Assembly (NCBI GenBank): GCA_963666275.2 | Contig: CAXXOA010000001.1 | Span: forward strand, 1,248,001-1,312,000 | Length of the DNA: 64,000 nucleotides | Source of the DNA: Oceanispirochaeta sp. | Lineage (GTDB): Bacteria; Spirochaetota; Spirochaetia; DSM-2461 | Direction of reading: 5' to 3' | Shown: positions 1 to 10,664 of the stretch, piece after piece | How positions within the stretch are numbered: the first letter of the stretch is position 1 | Layout: every line of letters begins with the position of its first letter | Translations under genes and position numbers: made by a program | The notes under the pieces: model-generated | Told to the model about the DNA's origin: nothing | Seen by the model: only the letters and a program-made list of their open reading frames with translations | Database searches by the model: none

Positions 1-96
1 GTAACGGGGATTTTCCCCTGCGTCAAGACCGGGACAGGCCAGTTCTGTCATCACCGGACTTCCCGGCCGGAGCCGTTTGAATTATACTGAAGATCT

Positions 97-564
97 ATGG
101 CAAAACTTAAAATACTATTTGTTTGTATGGGTAACATTTGCCGGTCCCCTCTGGCTCATGCGGTCTTCGAAGATATGGCTGCCCGGGAGGGATTGGATGT
201 CTTTGTGGAATCCTGCGGAATGGATGCCTGGCATGTGGGTGAACCTGCTGATTCCAGGATGAGAGAAACCGCAGGAAGGCATGGTGTGAGAATCAATCAC
301 TATGCCAGGCGCTTTCAACCCTCCGATCTGGATGATTATGATCTGATCATTCCCATGGATCAGGGGAACCTGAGGGATCTGAAACGGCATATGCGGCCCG
401 AACATGAGGATAAAGTGATTCTTATGCGTCACTGGGATCCGAAGGGGCCGGGAGAGGTTCCCGATCCCTGGTACGGCGGACCAGAAGGGTTTGAAACGGT
501 GTATACTATTGTGGAAAGAACCAGCAGAGCCCTGCTGGAGGATGTGAAAAAAAGGTTGGCCTGA
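97..564 (+). CDS. Low-molecular-weight protein tyrosine phosphatase
   Basis: P-loop CMGNICRS and DPWYG motif; stop overlaps next start (TGATG). Confidence 0.93.
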   Translation: MAKLKILFVCMGNICRSPLAHAVFEDMAAREGLDVFVESCGMDAWHVGEPADSRMRETAGRHGVRINHYARRFQPSDLDDYDLIIPMDQGNLRDLKRHMRPEHEDKVILMRHWDPKGPGEVPDPWYGGPEGFETVYTIVERTSRALLEDVKKRLA

Positions 565-1454
565 TGGATTCAGTCTATAAAAGTCCCGAAGAAGTCATTC
601 ATGAGCATTTCGGCAGCTCAGTTTCCATAAGCGGAGAACGCGGTGTCGGGGGAGGCTGTATCAATGATACGGGAATCCTCAACCTCAGCGACGGAAGCAG
701 GGCTTTTATCAAAAGGAACGGCAGGAATCAGGAGAATCTCTTTCTTCGGGAAGCCGAGGGGCTCCGTGCCCTGGCTGCTGTGGAGGGCGCTCCGGCGGTT
801 CCGCAGGTGCTGGGGGCAGGGAAGGACAGCCGCTTTGCCTTTCTTGTGATGGAGTATCTGGAACCGTCGCCCCGGAGGCAGGACTTCTGGGAGATCTTCG
901 GCAGAGAGATGGCGGCTCTCCACAGGAACGGGAGATCCGGTGAGTGCGGTTTCTTTCATGACAATCACATAGGAGCTACGGCGCAGCCAAACGGTTCCCA
1001 GAGCTCATGGATCGCTTTCTTCCGGGAAAAGAGGCTGGAGTTTCAGCTGAAACTTGCCCGGGAGAGAGGACTGGCCGACAGCTCCATGACCCGCCTTGTC
1101 TCCCGGGTGATGGACCGGCTGGATACTCTTCTGATTGAACCGGATGATCACAGGCCCTCTCTGCTGCACGGGGATCTATGGGGCGGAAACTTTATAGACG
1201 GCCCCGAAGGGAAGGCCTGCATCATTGATCCTGCCGCCTACTACGGCCACAGAGAGGCTGATCTGGCTATGACATCCCTGTTCGGAGGGTTCAGTTCCGC
1301 CTTTTACAGCGCCTATGATGAGGCCTGGCCTCTGGAGTCCGGCTTCAGCGAACGGAGAGATCTCTACAATCTGTATCATATGCTCAATCATCTGAATCTT
1401 TTCGGCGGCGGCTATGCGGGGAGTGTTCTCTCCATCGCCTCCCGCTATGCCTGA
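564..1454 (+). CDS. Fructosamine kinase family protein
   Basis: GGCIN N-terminal motif, LLHGDLWGGN, IIDPAAYYGHREADLAM. Confidence 0.92.
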   Translation: MDSVYKSPEEVIHEHFGSSVSISGERGVGGGCINDTGILNLSDGSRAFIKRNGRNQENLFLREAEGLRALAAVEGAPAVPQVLGAGKDSRFAFLVMEYLEPSPRRQDFWEIFGREMAALHRNGRSGECGFFHDNHIGATAQPNGSQSSWIAFFREKRLEFQLKLARERGLADSSMTRLVSRVMDRLDTLLIEPDDHRPSLLHGDLWGGNFIDGPEGKACIIDPAAYYGHREADLAMTSLFGGFSSAFYSAYDEAWPLESGFSERRDLYNLYHMLNHLNLFGGGYAGSVLSIASRYA

Positions 1455-1480
1455 TTCATAATTTGGAAAGGAAATAATTA

Positions 1481-2227
1481 ATGCTACCAGAATTTTTAAC
1501 AACTACTGACTGGATCCTTCTGGCTTCGGGAGCCCTGCTGATGGGTATGGCCAAATCCGGACTCAATGGCGTGAATATCATTGCCGTACCTGTCTATGCG
1601 GCTCTGTTCGGAGGAAAAGTCTCCTCGTCTATTGTCCTGCCCCTGCTGCTGTGCGGTGATATTGTGGCTATTGTGGCCTATCATAAAAAAATCAGCTGGA
1701 AACACTATCTCCGCCTGCTGCCGGCGGCTCTAGTGGGCCTTGTGGCCGGGATGCTGCTGGGACAGTCCATTCCGGATGCCTCCTTCAGGCTCATTATGGC
1801 TGTGATTATCCTTGTCTGCCTGATCCTTATGATCATCAAAGAGTTCGGAAAAAGGACTCTTGCCTTTCCTGATCACTGGGCCGCCCACAGTATGGGTGGA
1901 TTCGCCAGCGGATTCACAACCATGGTGGGAAACGCTGCCGGCCCCATCATGTCCATGTATCTCCTCTCCATGAACCTGCCCAAAAAGGTGTTCATCGGAA
2001 CGGGAGCCGTTTTCTTCCTGACCGTGAATATTCTCAAAGTTCCGGTTCACCTGTTTGCCTGGAAAACCATGACCCCCGATACCCTGATGATCGATGCAGT
2101 TCTGGCTATTTTTGTGTTTGCCGGTTTCTTCGCCGGGTTGAAGATTGTGAAGAAAATCCCGGAAAAACCGTTCCGGATGCTGATCATCGCTGCCACATTC
2201 CTGGGAACTTTGAAGATGTTTTTCTGA
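1481..2227 (+). CDS. TauE/SafE (TSUP) family membrane exporter
   Basis: Very hydrophobic 248 aa; GFTTMVGNAAGP motif. Confidence 0.8.
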   Translation: MLPEFLTTTDWILLASGALLMGMAKSGLNGVNIIAVPVYAALFGGKVSSSIVLPLLLCGDIVAIVAYHKKISWKHYLRLLPAALVGLVAGMLLGQSIPDASFRLIMAVIILVCLILMIIKEFGKRTLAFPDHWAAHSMGGFASGFTTMVGNAAGPIMSMYLLSMNLPKKVFIGTGAVFFLTVNILKVPVHLFAWKTMTPDTLMIDAVLAIFVFAGFFAGLKIVKKIPEKPFRMLIIAATFLGTLKMFF

Positions 2228-2240
2228 TTATTCCGGGATA

Positions 2241-2341
2241 TCCGGGGAGTCCGGGGAATTTGGGGTGGCCAGGGTCCGGGGTTCCGGGGAGTCCAGGGAA
2301 TTTGGGGTGGCCAGGGTCCGGGGTGTATTGCCATACACCCC
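2241..2341. repeat. Two tandem 42-bp G-rich repeats followed by a REP-like hairpin
   Basis: TCCGGGGAGTCCRGGGAATTTGGGGTGGCCAGGGTCCGGGGT at 2241-2282 and 2283-2324 (1 mismatch); GGGGTGTAT-tgcc-ATACACCCC at 2320-2341; lies between convergent genes. Confidence 0.85.
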
Positions 2342-2375
2342 ATACTCCCCGGAAACCCCGACAACGGAGAGAAAT

Positions 2376-3833
2376 CTATTGCCGTTTCCAGAACCAGGGA
2401 GTCAGGACAACCAGAACCGTGTAGATTTCCAGCCTTCCCATCATCATGGCCAGGCTGAGATACCATTTGATCCCGTCCTGAAAAAAGGCGTAGTTCATGG
2501 TAGGTCCGACTTTACTGAAACCGGGACCGATATTGCCCACCGTAACCAGAGCGGTCGAAAAAGAGGTGAGGATATCATAGCCTCCCCCGGATACTACGAC
2601 TGTGGTGAACAGCAGGGCGAAGACGTAGAGAAAGACAAATCCCGTGATCACGCTGATGATATCTTTGCGCACCACCATCTGATTCAGACGCAGACGGAAA
2701 ACTCCTCTGGGGTGAATCAGGCGCCTCAGCTCCCGCAGGGCCAGCTTGAAAAGAGTGACGATCCGCACCACTTTCATACCGCCGCCGGTGGAGCCGGCAC
2801 ATCCGCCGATGAACATCATCAGAAAGAGGATGACCTTGCTGAACTCGGGCCACAGATCATAGTCGGTGGTGGCGTACCCGGTGGTAGTCAGGATCGATGC
2901 CACCTGAAAGGCGGCAAACCTGAGGCCCTTGCCGAAACTTTCATACACATGATTGTTCAGCAGGGAAAAAGTAATGGCCAGGGAGGCCACTGCAAAAATT
3001 CCCAGATAGGCCTTCATCTCCGTATCGATGATGAGCTCTCTGATCCTTCCTGTGAGAAGCTTGAAATAGAGGGCGAAGTTCAAACCCGCCATAACCATGA
3101 AGATGGTTATCACCCAGTCGATCCAGCCGGAGTTGTAATACCCCACGCTCGTGTTCTTGGGAGAGAACCCTCCTGTTGCCATGGTGCCGAAGGTATGGGT
3201 GAGCGAATCGAAAAGGTTCATTCCCCCCAGCATCAGCAGGATGGTTTCCAGAATGGTCAGTCCCAGATAGATAAACCAGAGGTATTTTGCGGTATGGGTG
3301 ATTTTCGGTGTGATCTTGTCTACCGAAGGCCCCGGCGCTTCCGCTTTGAGAAGCTGCATTCCCCCGATTCCCAGAAGAGGGAATATAGCCACGGTGAGCA
3401 CCACGATTCCCATACCGCCCAGCCAGTGGGTCAGGCTCCTCCAGAACAGGATCGAGTAGGGAAGCCCCTCGATGGCTGTCAGTATGGAGGCTCCGGTGGT
3501 TGTAAAACCCGACATGGTCTCAAAATAGGCATCCGTATAGGAGGGAATGGCACCGGACAGATAAAAAGGAAGGGCTCCAAGGGCGGACGCTGCTATCCAG
3601 CTGAGGGTAACAAGCATAAAACCGTCCCGGGGTGTCAGAACCTTGTTTCTGTTTTTTCTGGTGGCTACATAGATGACCGCCGAAAGGGGAATCAGGACTA
3701 TTATGGGATACACGAAAGCCTTGAAACTCTGCCATTCGCCGTAAAAAAGGGCAATCCCCGCCGGTATCAGCATAAAAGCCGCAATGATCACAAGCAGTAT
3801 GGTCAGTACATGTATTATAAGTTTAAATTTCAT
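2376..3833 (-). CDS. trkH: Trk potassium uptake membrane subunit
   Basis: FETMSGFTTTGA, TMATGGF, TTTGY and GNIGPG pore motifs; GGCAGSTGGGMK. Confidence 0.95.
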   Translation of the reverse strand: MKFKLIIHVLTILLVIIAAFMLIPAGIALFYGEWQSFKAFVYPIIVLIPLSAVIYVATRKNRNKVLTPRDGFMLVTLSWIAASALGALPFYLSGAIPSYTDAYFETMSGFTTTGASILTAIEGLPYSILFWRSLTHWLGGMGIVVLTVAIFPLLGIGGMQLLKAEAPGPSVDKITPKITHTAKYLWFIYLGLTILETILLMLGGMNLFDSLTHTFGTMATGGFSPKNTSVGYYNSGWIDWVITIFMVMAGLNFALYFKLLTGRIRELIIDTEMKAYLGIFAVASLAITFSLLNNHVYESFGKGLRFAAFQVASILTTTGYATTDYDLWPEFSKVILFLMMFIGGCAGSTGGGMKVVRIVTLFKLALRELRRLIHPRGVFRLRLNQMVVRKDIISVITGFVFLYVFALLFTTVVVSGGGYDILTSFSTALVTVGNIGPGFSKVGPTMNYAFFQDGIKWYLSLAMMMGRLEIYTVLVVLTPWFWKRQ

Positions 3834-3838
3834 AGGTT

Positions 3839-5242
3839 CTAACCGCTGATGATCGATTCGATACGGCTGATGGAATTGCGTTCAAGGATCATCACAAGAT
3901 GGTCTCCCTGTTCAATGACCGTATCTCCCGTAGGAATAATATCCTCTCCCTGATGGGATATGAAAATGATCAGACTGTTGGCGGGCAGACGGATGTCGCT
4001 GATTTTTTTTCCTTCTATGGGAGAGTCCCGGCTGATAAGGAATTCGATGACTTCCAGTTTTCCCCCCGAAAGGGCGTGAACATTTTTGATATTTCCTTTG
4101 CGGATAATCTTCAGGATGGAATTGACCACCGTGTCGTTCAGGCAGACAGTCATATCCACATTCAGATTGTGGGCCATGGTCCTGTAGCTGCTTCTTGTCA
4201 CAAGGGCCAGTGACTTGGGTACCCCCAGAGTCTTGGCATAGATACTTGTGATCATGTTCAGTTCCTGATTATTCGTGGCTGTGATAAAGAGGTCCAGATC
4301 CTTGAGAAAGTCCTCCTCCTGGAAGTGATCTTCCGTCACATCCGCATGGGTGATAAGAGCCTGGGGATATCTCTCGGAGAGCTCCTTGCATCTCTCATAA
4401 TCCTTTTCCACAATATGAAGCTGTTTTTTGCCCTTTTTGATCATCCTGGACAGCCGCGACAGTCCGGGAATGGGAGAGCTGCTTCCGTCGTGATGAAGGA
4501 TCTCATCGGCGACATAGGTTGTGATATGACCGCCCCCGACAATCAGGATTTTATTGATCTCTTTTCTCTCCTGGTACTCCAGTTTGAAAATGGTTTCAAA
4601 TCCTTTCTCTGTGGATAGTATGTAAAGCTGATCGCCCTCGAGGATCCTTGTGTCTCCCGAGGGAATGATAAAGCTGTCATCTCTCATAACAGCTGCGACA
4701 AGGAAGGCGAAATTCAGATCCTGACGGATGGATTTCAGATCCTTGTTTAAAAAAGCAGAATCCTTGCGGATCGTCAGATTCCGCATCTGAAGGCTCGTAT
4801 TGTCAAAAAGCATGATATCGCTGCGGGCACCATGGCTGATGGCGTAATTAATGATACGGGCGGCTTCAATCTCGGGGTTAATGACATGGTCGATGCCGAG
4901 GAAAGAGTTTGAAATCATTTTTGTCCGTGAATAGTCCAGGTTCCTAACCCTGGCAATTGTTTTGACTTTCTCAAACTCAGCGGAGACCAGGCCGCAGGCA
5001 ATGAGGTTGGTTTCATCTGAAGCGGTGACACTGACAAAGAGATCGGCTTTCTGAATACCGGCTTTTGTCAGGCTTTCAATGTTATTTCCCTTGCCGTTGA
5101 TGACCAGACAATCCAGTCGGTTAGCGGCATCCCGCGCTTTGTCGGGATCCTGTTCAATAAGGGCTACGTCTTTGTTTTCGGCAATTAATTGCCGTGCCAG
5201 CTGCGTTCCTACGCGGCCGGCACCTAATATTACAACGTACAT
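3839..5242 (-). CDS. trkA: Trk potassium uptake NAD-binding subunit
   Basis: Two RCK units, GAGRVG Rossmann motif, adjacent to trkH; start placed at MYVVILG. Confidence 0.93.
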   Translation of the reverse strand: MYVVILGAGRVGTQLARQLIAENKDVALIEQDPDKARDAANRLDCLVINGKGNNIESLTKAGIQKADLFVSVTASDETNLIACGLVSAEFEKVKTIARVRNLDYSRTKMISNSFLGIDHVINPEIEAARIINYAISHGARSDIMLFDNTSLQMRNLTIRKDSAFLNKDLKSIRQDLNFAFLVAAVMRDDSFIIPSGDTRILEGDQLYILSTEKGFETIFKLEYQERKEINKILIVGGGHITTYVADEILHHDGSSSPIPGLSRLSRMIKKGKKQLHIVEKDYERCKELSERYPQALITHADVTEDHFQEEDFLKDLDLFITATNNQELNMITSIYAKTLGVPKSLALVTRSSYRTMAHNLNVDMTVCLNDTVVNSILKIIRKGNIKNVHALSGGKLEVIEFLISRDSPIEGKKISDIRLPANSLIIFISHQGEDIIPTGDTVIEQGDHLVMILERNSISRIESIISG

Positions 5243-5457
5243 AATGGCAAAAATCATAATCGGAAAATTCCCATCTTGTCAATTTGTCGAGGGAGAAATA
5301 GGAAATATGTTACATTCTGAAGGAATTGACTTTAAAATAAATTTCATAATACCCGGCAGGAAGTGAAACAGTTTTCATTGGGAATCTCCTGTTCTTGCGG
5401 TATACTCTCATTCAAATTATAATAGGTAGTATGTAACAACCCGGGAGCAGCCGTCGT

Positions 5458-6768
5458 ATGAAAGAAAGAGCCAAAACATTTGTCATAGACACAAATGTGC
5501 TTATCCACAGACCTGATGCCATTATGTCTTTCCGAAACAGTGAAATTGTTATACCCATCTGGGTTCTGGAAGAACTGGATAAACTGAAAACAGAGCATGA
5601 AGGACGCGGCAGGAGTGCCCGGGCTGCCATCCGTTTTATCAATGAACTGAGCCGGCACGGGAATCTGCAGCGGGGTGTGAATCTGGAGAACGGCGGTCTT
5701 TTGAGGGTCATCCTTGATTTTGACAAGTCCGTGGAGGATTCTCTCTCCTCAGCCAAAATGGACAATAAGATTATTCTCTGTGCCCGGTTTCTGCAAAAGC
5801 ACAATAAAAATGTCTTTTTTGTTTCCAAGGATATTAATGCCCGTATAAAGGCCATATCCATCGGGATAAAAGCGGTGGACTATGAAAAGCATAAAGTCAA
5901 TATCCAGTCCCTCTACGAGGGAACAAGAGAACTGGATGGAGAGCGGAAGATCATTGACTCTCTTCTGCAGGAGGGGAGTGCGGAAGCTCCTGAAGCCAGT
6001 CTTTTCCCCAATCAGTATCTATTCCTGAAAGAAGGGGGAGATTCCAAAGCCTTCCATCTGGCAAGGTATAATCAGAGCGATAAAAGGGTTGTTCATATTC
6101 CCTCCTCCCTGGAGGAGCCGATCATGGGGATCTGGCCTCTGAACCCCCAGCAGAGGATTGCCTTCGATCTTTTAATGAATGACGATATCAAACTGGTCAC
6201 CCTTGTGGGAAAGGCCGGAACGGGAAAAACCCTTCTGTCTCTGGCCGCGGGACTCCAGAAAACCATGGAAGACAAGAAATACACACGGGTTCTGCTGAGC
6301 CGGCCCGTCATTCCCATGGGAAAGGACATCGGTTACCTGCCCGGGGCAAAAAACCAGAAGATGAGCCACTGGATGCAGCCCCTTTTTGACAACCTTGAAT
6401 ACATCATTGAAGTGGCCCACAGACAGAATCTCAAAAGCATAGACCAGGTTATGAACAACAAGGTCATTGAAATAGAAGCGCTCACCTATATCAGAGGACG
6501 TTCTCTTCCCAAACAGTACATCATCATCGATGAAGCCCAGAATCTGAGTCCCCACGAGGTGAAAACCATTGTCAGCCGGGCCGGAGAGGGGACCAAAGTG
6601 GTTCTGACCGGTGATCCCTATCAGATCGACAATCCCTACCTGGATGCCGAGTCCAACGGACTGACCTGCCTTGTGGAAGCCTTCAGGGATGTGGAGCTGG
6701 CCGGGCATATCACTCTGGGGCATTCTGAAAGAAGTCCTCTGGCCGAACTGGCATCGGAGCTGCTTTAA
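5458..6768 (+). CDS. PIN domain + PhoH-family ATPase
   Basis: N-terminal IDTNVL PIN motif; Walker A GKAGTGKT; YIRGRS, IIDEAQN, TGDPYQID. Confidence 0.92.
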   Translation: MKERAKTFVIDTNVLIHRPDAIMSFRNSEIVIPIWVLEELDKLKTEHEGRGRSARAAIRFINELSRHGNLQRGVNLENGGLLRVILDFDKSVEDSLSSAKMDNKIILCARFLQKHNKNVFFVSKDINARIKAISIGIKAVDYEKHKVNIQSLYEGTRELDGERKIIDSLLQEGSAEAPEASLFPNQYLFLKEGGDSKAFHLARYNQSDKRVVHIPSSLEEPIMGIWPLNPQQRIAFDLLMNDDIKLVTLVGKAGTGKTLLSLAAGLQKTMEDKKYTRVLLSRPVIPMGKDIGYLPGAKNQKMSHWMQPLFDNLEYIIEVAHRQNLKSIDQVMNNKVIEIEALTYIRGRSLPKQYIIIDEAQNLSPHEVKTIVSRAGEGTKVVLTGDPYQIDNPYLDAESNGLTCLVEAFRDVELAGHITLGHSERSPLAELASELL

Positions 6769-6771
6769 AAA

Positions 6772-7098
6772 ATGGCCCAGTACAGCAGTAAAGTAGAAGC
6801 GGAACTGATAAAACTGAAGAAAAAGTCCTTCAAGGTAGCCCAGGAGCAGGCTCTGAACGAACTGTCGGGAGAATTTGACAGGTGGAAGAAGAAGAGGATC
6901 GGGGCGGATACTCTGGAAGTGGCCATCGAAAAGCACAAATCCTTCCGGAAGGATATGCTCGAGAGGTTCTATATGAACGATGGAGATCCGGGCGTTCCTG
7001 TTGCCGAAGCCCTCAACAAAGGGTATCTCCAAAAAGAAGATTTATCGCCGGAAGCGCTGAATTCTATTGAGATTTTGATTGATTTGGTTAATATTTAA
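6772..7098 (+). CDS. Hypothetical protein
   Basis: 108-aa ORF starting 3 bp after the PhoH gene. Confidence 0.7.
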   Translation: MAQYSSKVEAELIKLKKKSFKVAQEQALNELSGEFDRWKKKRIGADTLEVAIEKHKSFRKDMLERFYMNDGDPGVPVAEALNKGYLQKEDLSPEALNSIEILIDLVNI

Positions 7099-7133
7099 AG
7101 TAGAGATTAATTCTGAAGAACAAGGAGCAGTCT

Positions 7134-7376
7134 ATGGAAGAAGTAAAATTTTGCTCATATTGCGGAAAGCTGACAAGCTCCTGCTATTCCTTCTGCCCCT
7201 GGTGCGGCAAGAGCCTTGAGAATAAAACAGAACTTCAGGATGTTCTCGAAAAACCCTTCAGTAAACTGGAAAAGATTCAGGTTGAAGAAAAACTGGAGGT
7301 TCTGGATAAACTCCAGTCCTGCCTTGACAGCCTGGAAGAGGAACTGGAAGCTTTTTTAGCCAAGTCTCATCATTAA
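7134..7376 (+). CDS. Small zinc-ribbon / coiled-coil protein
   Basis: CSYCG...CPWCG; AGGAG RBS. Confidence 0.75.
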   Translation: MEEVKFCSYCGKLTSSCYSFCPWCGKSLENKTELQDVLEKPFSKLEKIQVEEKLEVLDKLQSCLDSLEEELEAFLAKSHH

Positions 7377-7401
7377 GCCCTCTTTTTCCGATAAGACATT
7401 A

Positions 7402-9663
7402 ATGAGCCCTTTGAAAAAAATTCTTTTACTCCTCTGTATCCTTGCGGGAAGCTCTGTGTTTTCCCAGACCCGTCAGGTCCTCCTTTCCGGTCCCGATATA
7501 AGCAGCGACAGTCAGATCGCTGTGATCATGACCAGTCCCGTCACAGAGGGATATGAATACTCCACAGCTGTCCTGGGGGCAGCGGACAAGCCTGCTTCTC
7601 AGGCTGTTACAGTCTATCCGGAAGAGAGTGCCTATTTTTCCCAGAGAAAAGAGCTGAGGCTCTATAATCACTACGGCCTGTATCACTATGAACAGGAAAA
7701 ACAGAGCTGGTATACCGCAGACTATCTCCCTTCCTTCGCAGAGGGCCGGGCGGTCACCCCTCTGAGGCTCCTTCCTGTCTATCACTCCCCCGACGGGAGG
7801 TATACCGTTTTTGCCAGAGAAGAGGAGGATTTTACAGTCTCTCTCCATCTCTATGATCATGACAGAAGAGTCTCTGTGTCCATCACAGCCTTCCTGCCCA
7901 GGGAATTCACCACGGACCTTGTGAAATGGTCCCCCGATTCCCGGTATTTTATCTATCGCCGGAGCCGGGAGCTCTATTACTTTTCGATTGATCAGTATCT
8001 GAGCAGCCGTATCCCCGCCGAAGAGTTCAGAACTCTGGGGCATTCCTATATGAATTCCGCCGCCTGGGGGCTCGGAAACTACCTCTATCTTTTCAGTGGA
8101 AAGCTCCTTTACAGGCTTCACAGTTCCGAATTCTTTACCCGTTCCTTTTATGCGGATCCCTTTCAGAAAGGATCCGTCTGGGGCAGGATCCCCCTGGCTT
8201 TTGATCCTCAGTTCGATCAGTTTTCGGTCAGTCCCCGGGGGGACGCCGTATTTCTGTACCGGGATGAAAAGGACGGATTTGTCTTTTCCCTGGAGAGCGC
8301 CGCCACCGCAGGAGACCCTGTTACCCAGGCCGCCAGTATGGCTGTTCCCGAGGGGTACAGGATCTCTCACCCCGCCTGGATTGACAACACCTCCCTGCTG
8401 CTGCAGGTTTCCGGTCCTGCGGAGGAACACAGCCGGGTCTATCTGCTGGACCGGAGAGAGGACAGCCGGTTCCGCCTTCTTGCGGATAAAGATATCTCCG
8501 GTTTTGCCATCGGTCCGGAGGGAAAAGAGATCGCCCTGCTTGAAAAAGAGAAAATTACAATACTGAACAGTTCGGATAAAGAGGTTTCCAGGACTCTGAC
8601 AATAGATGCGCCTCTTCAGATCTTCTGGACGGAAAAGGGATATATCCTGCTGGGCCGTACCCTCCAGAAGGAAGTCAGCGGCAGTGAAACCCGAACGATC
8701 GGTCTCAGTCAGGCGGAGAGAGTCAGTTTTACAGCGGAGAACGGGCTTCTGGCAGCTGTAGGGAGTGACACTTTCCTGTACCGGGGAAACCTTCAATGGG
8801 AACCCGCAGGAGACGAGGAGATCAGACAGGGCCGGCTCAGTAACGATAATTACAGGATCTACCTGGAGGACAGGCCCGGGAGCTGGTACGCCCAGTCTCT
8901 GAAAATCCGAAAAGCCGACAGCTATACCACAAGCGAATTCCTGCGTCCTTTCCGGAAAAACCAGATTTCCGCCGCTGTGCCTGTTTACAGGCAGAACCGG
9001 CGGGATGTTCCCTGGTATGTAACAAAAGGGAACAGCTTCGGAAGAAAAGAGGTCTCTCTTGTTTTCAATGTGAGCCAGTCAGCCGAAGGGCTGGGACGGC
9101 TGCTGCAGGAACTGGAAGGTTATGGCATCAAAGCCGCCTTTTTTCTGAACGGGGATTTTATCAATAACTATCCCGACGGCGCCAGGCTTCTTGCCGCCTC
9201 GTCCCATACGGTGGGATCTCTTTTCTATACCTACTTTGATATGTCCGATCCCCAGTATCAGATAAACAGGGATTTTCTCAAAAAAGGTCTGGCCCGGAAC
9301 GAAGATGACTATTTTATTGCCACCGGCCGGGAGATGGCTATGATCTGGCATGCGCCCTACTACTATCTGAACAATGAAATTCTTGATACCACGGGATTAT
9401 TGAACTATATCTATATTGGAAAGGAACTGAATGTTCCCGATGCGGTGGGGGAGGGGGAATCTCCCCTCTACAGGGATTCGGATGCTCTTATTGAGGATCT
9501 TCTGGGTCATGTGACCCCCGGCGCCATCATTCCTGTCACACTGGGACGGACTTCCCGGAGAGAGGATTATCTTTACAGGCATGTTTCTCAGCTCATTGAG
9601 GGACTGATTCTGGAGGGATACGATTTTGTTCCGCTGGAAAATTTTACGGATACTCCCTTCTAG
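7402..9663 (+). CDS. Secreted protein with propeller-like repeats and a C-terminal polysaccharide deacetylase-like domain
   Basis: Signal peptide; SPDG/WSPDS repeats; C-terminal AAFFLNG and WHAPYY NodB-like motifs. Confidence 0.7.
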   Translation: MSPLKKILLLLCILAGSSVFSQTRQVLLSGPDISSDSQIAVIMTSPVTEGYEYSTAVLGAADKPASQAVTVYPEESAYFSQRKELRLYNHYGLYHYEQEKQSWYTADYLPSFAEGRAVTPLRLLPVYHSPDGRYTVFAREEEDFTVSLHLYDHDRRVSVSITAFLPREFTTDLVKWSPDSRYFIYRRSRELYYFSIDQYLSSRIPAEEFRTLGHSYMNSAAWGLGNYLYLFSGKLLYRLHSSEFFTRSFYADPFQKGSVWGRIPLAFDPQFDQFSVSPRGDAVFLYRDEKDGFVFSLESAATAGDPVTQAASMAVPEGYRISHPAWIDNTSLLLQVSGPAEEHSRVYLLDRREDSRFRLLADKDISGFAIGPEGKEIALLEKEKITILNSSDKEVSRTLTIDAPLQIFWTEKGYILLGRTLQKEVSGSETRTIGLSQAERVSFTAENGLLAAVGSDTFLYRGNLQWEPAGDEEIRQGRLSNDNYRIYLEDRPGSWYAQSLKIRKADSYTTSEFLRPFRKNQISAAVPVYRQNRRDVPWYVTKGNSFGRKEVSLVFNVSQSAEGLGRLLQELEGYGIKAAFFLNGDFINNYPDGARLLAASSHTVGSLFYTYFDMSDPQYQINRDFLKKGLARNEDDYFIATGREMAMIWHAPYYYLNNEILDTTGLLNYIYIGKELNVPDAVGEGESPLYRDSDALIEDLLGHVTPGAIIPVTLGRTSRREDYLYRHVSQLIEGLILEGYDFVPLENFTDTPF

Positions 9664-9751
9664 GGGATCCGGAGCAAGAAGATTTGGCGGAATAGGAAAA
9701 ACAGGGTTGAATAAAGTGAAGAGGAGTTATAGATTTTTTACCAATTCACTC

Positions 9752-9779
9752 TAAAGCTTTAAAAATACATTGCCGAAAA
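9752..9779 (+). promoter_or_regulatory. Sigma-28 (FliA)-type promoter
   Basis: TAAA-N16-GCCGAAAA ending 33 bp upstream of fliS. Confidence 0.65.
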
Positions 9780-9812
9780 TATAGTGAAGAATCAGGGGAG
9801 GGCTGCTTTTAC

Positions 9813-10235
9813 ATGAATAAAAATCCTTTAAATGCTTACCATCAGACAAAAGTTAAAACTGCTGGACAGGGACGGCTTATTGTTATGCTCTATGATGAAG
9901 CGATTAAGCAGCTGGATAAAGCCGAAGCCGAAATGACAAGTCCTTCCAGGAAACTGGATATTGTTCATAATTCCATTGTAAAAGCTCAGGATGTTATTAC
10001 AGAACTGATGGCATCCCTGGATTTTGATAAAGGCGGAGATATCGCCCGGAACCTCTACAGCCTCTATACTTTTTTCAATCAGCAGCTGATGGAAGCGAAT
10101 ATTCAGAAGAAACCGGGAAATCTCAAAGACATCCGGAATATGCTTGTGGAACTGAGAGATGCCTGGGCTGCGATCGAGGGGAAAACCCAGCAGTCCGGAA
10201 ACGGCAGTCCCATGGGTGTGAATATCGCCGGCTAG
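9813..10235 (+). CDS. fliS: Flagellin export chaperone FliS
   Basis: AY...TA...LIVMLYDEAI; LDFDKGGDIARNLYSLY; LRDAW. Confidence 0.95.
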   Translation: MNKNPLNAYHQTKVKTAGQGRLIVMLYDEAIKQLDKAEAEMTSPSRKLDIVHNSIVKAQDVITELMASLDFDKGGDIARNLYSLYTFFNQQLMEANIQKKPGNLKDIRNMLVELRDAWAAIEGKTQQSGNGSPMGVNIAG

Positions 10236-10247
10236 GAGAGTTGCCGG

Positions 10248-10664
10248 ATGCCCCGGGGCAATCCTGAAACCTATCTGACTTCCCTGTTGACAGAACTGGA
10301 CGTCCTTTATGCGGAGTATTCCGCCTTTCTGGAATCCTACAATCTGAAAAACGGCAGGGGAAAGCTCATTTCCTACTACAATTTTCTCACCATTCAGAAT
10401 GACATGTTCAGAAAAATCGAAGCAAGGGAGAAGGTCTTCCGCTCCCTGCGGAAAGATTTTTCCGCTGTTTCCGATGCTCTTGGTTCCCTGCGGCAGCAGG
10501 TGGATCAAAGGAGATCAGAGGCGGTGAACAGAAGCCGTCACTTGATGAATGAGATCCGTTCTGTTATGAATACAAACAAAGAGGAACGGAGAACTCTCTC
10601 TATTCCCCGCAGCCAACCAAGAAAAAAGGAATCAGTTCCGTCGCTGATAGATATCAAATTATGA
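10248..10664 (+). CDS. Hypothetical helical protein, possibly a flagellar chaperone
   Basis: Lies between fliS and polA; GGAG RBS; overlaps polA start. Confidence 0.6.
   Translation: MPRGNPETYLTSLLTELDVLYAEYSAFLESYNLKNGRGKLISYYNFLTIQNDMFRKIEAREKVFRSLRKDFSAVSDALGSLRQQVDQRRSEAVNRSRHLMNEIRSVMNTNKEERRTLSIPRSQPRKKESVPSLIDIKL

Noticed and set aside
2265..3842. Long 525-aa plus-strand ORF, and similar antisense ORFs at 30498-32018, 32053-33549, 33723-35477, 12110-13345 and 14982-16235
   Set aside because: Shadow frames opposite well-supported genes, with no protein motifs.
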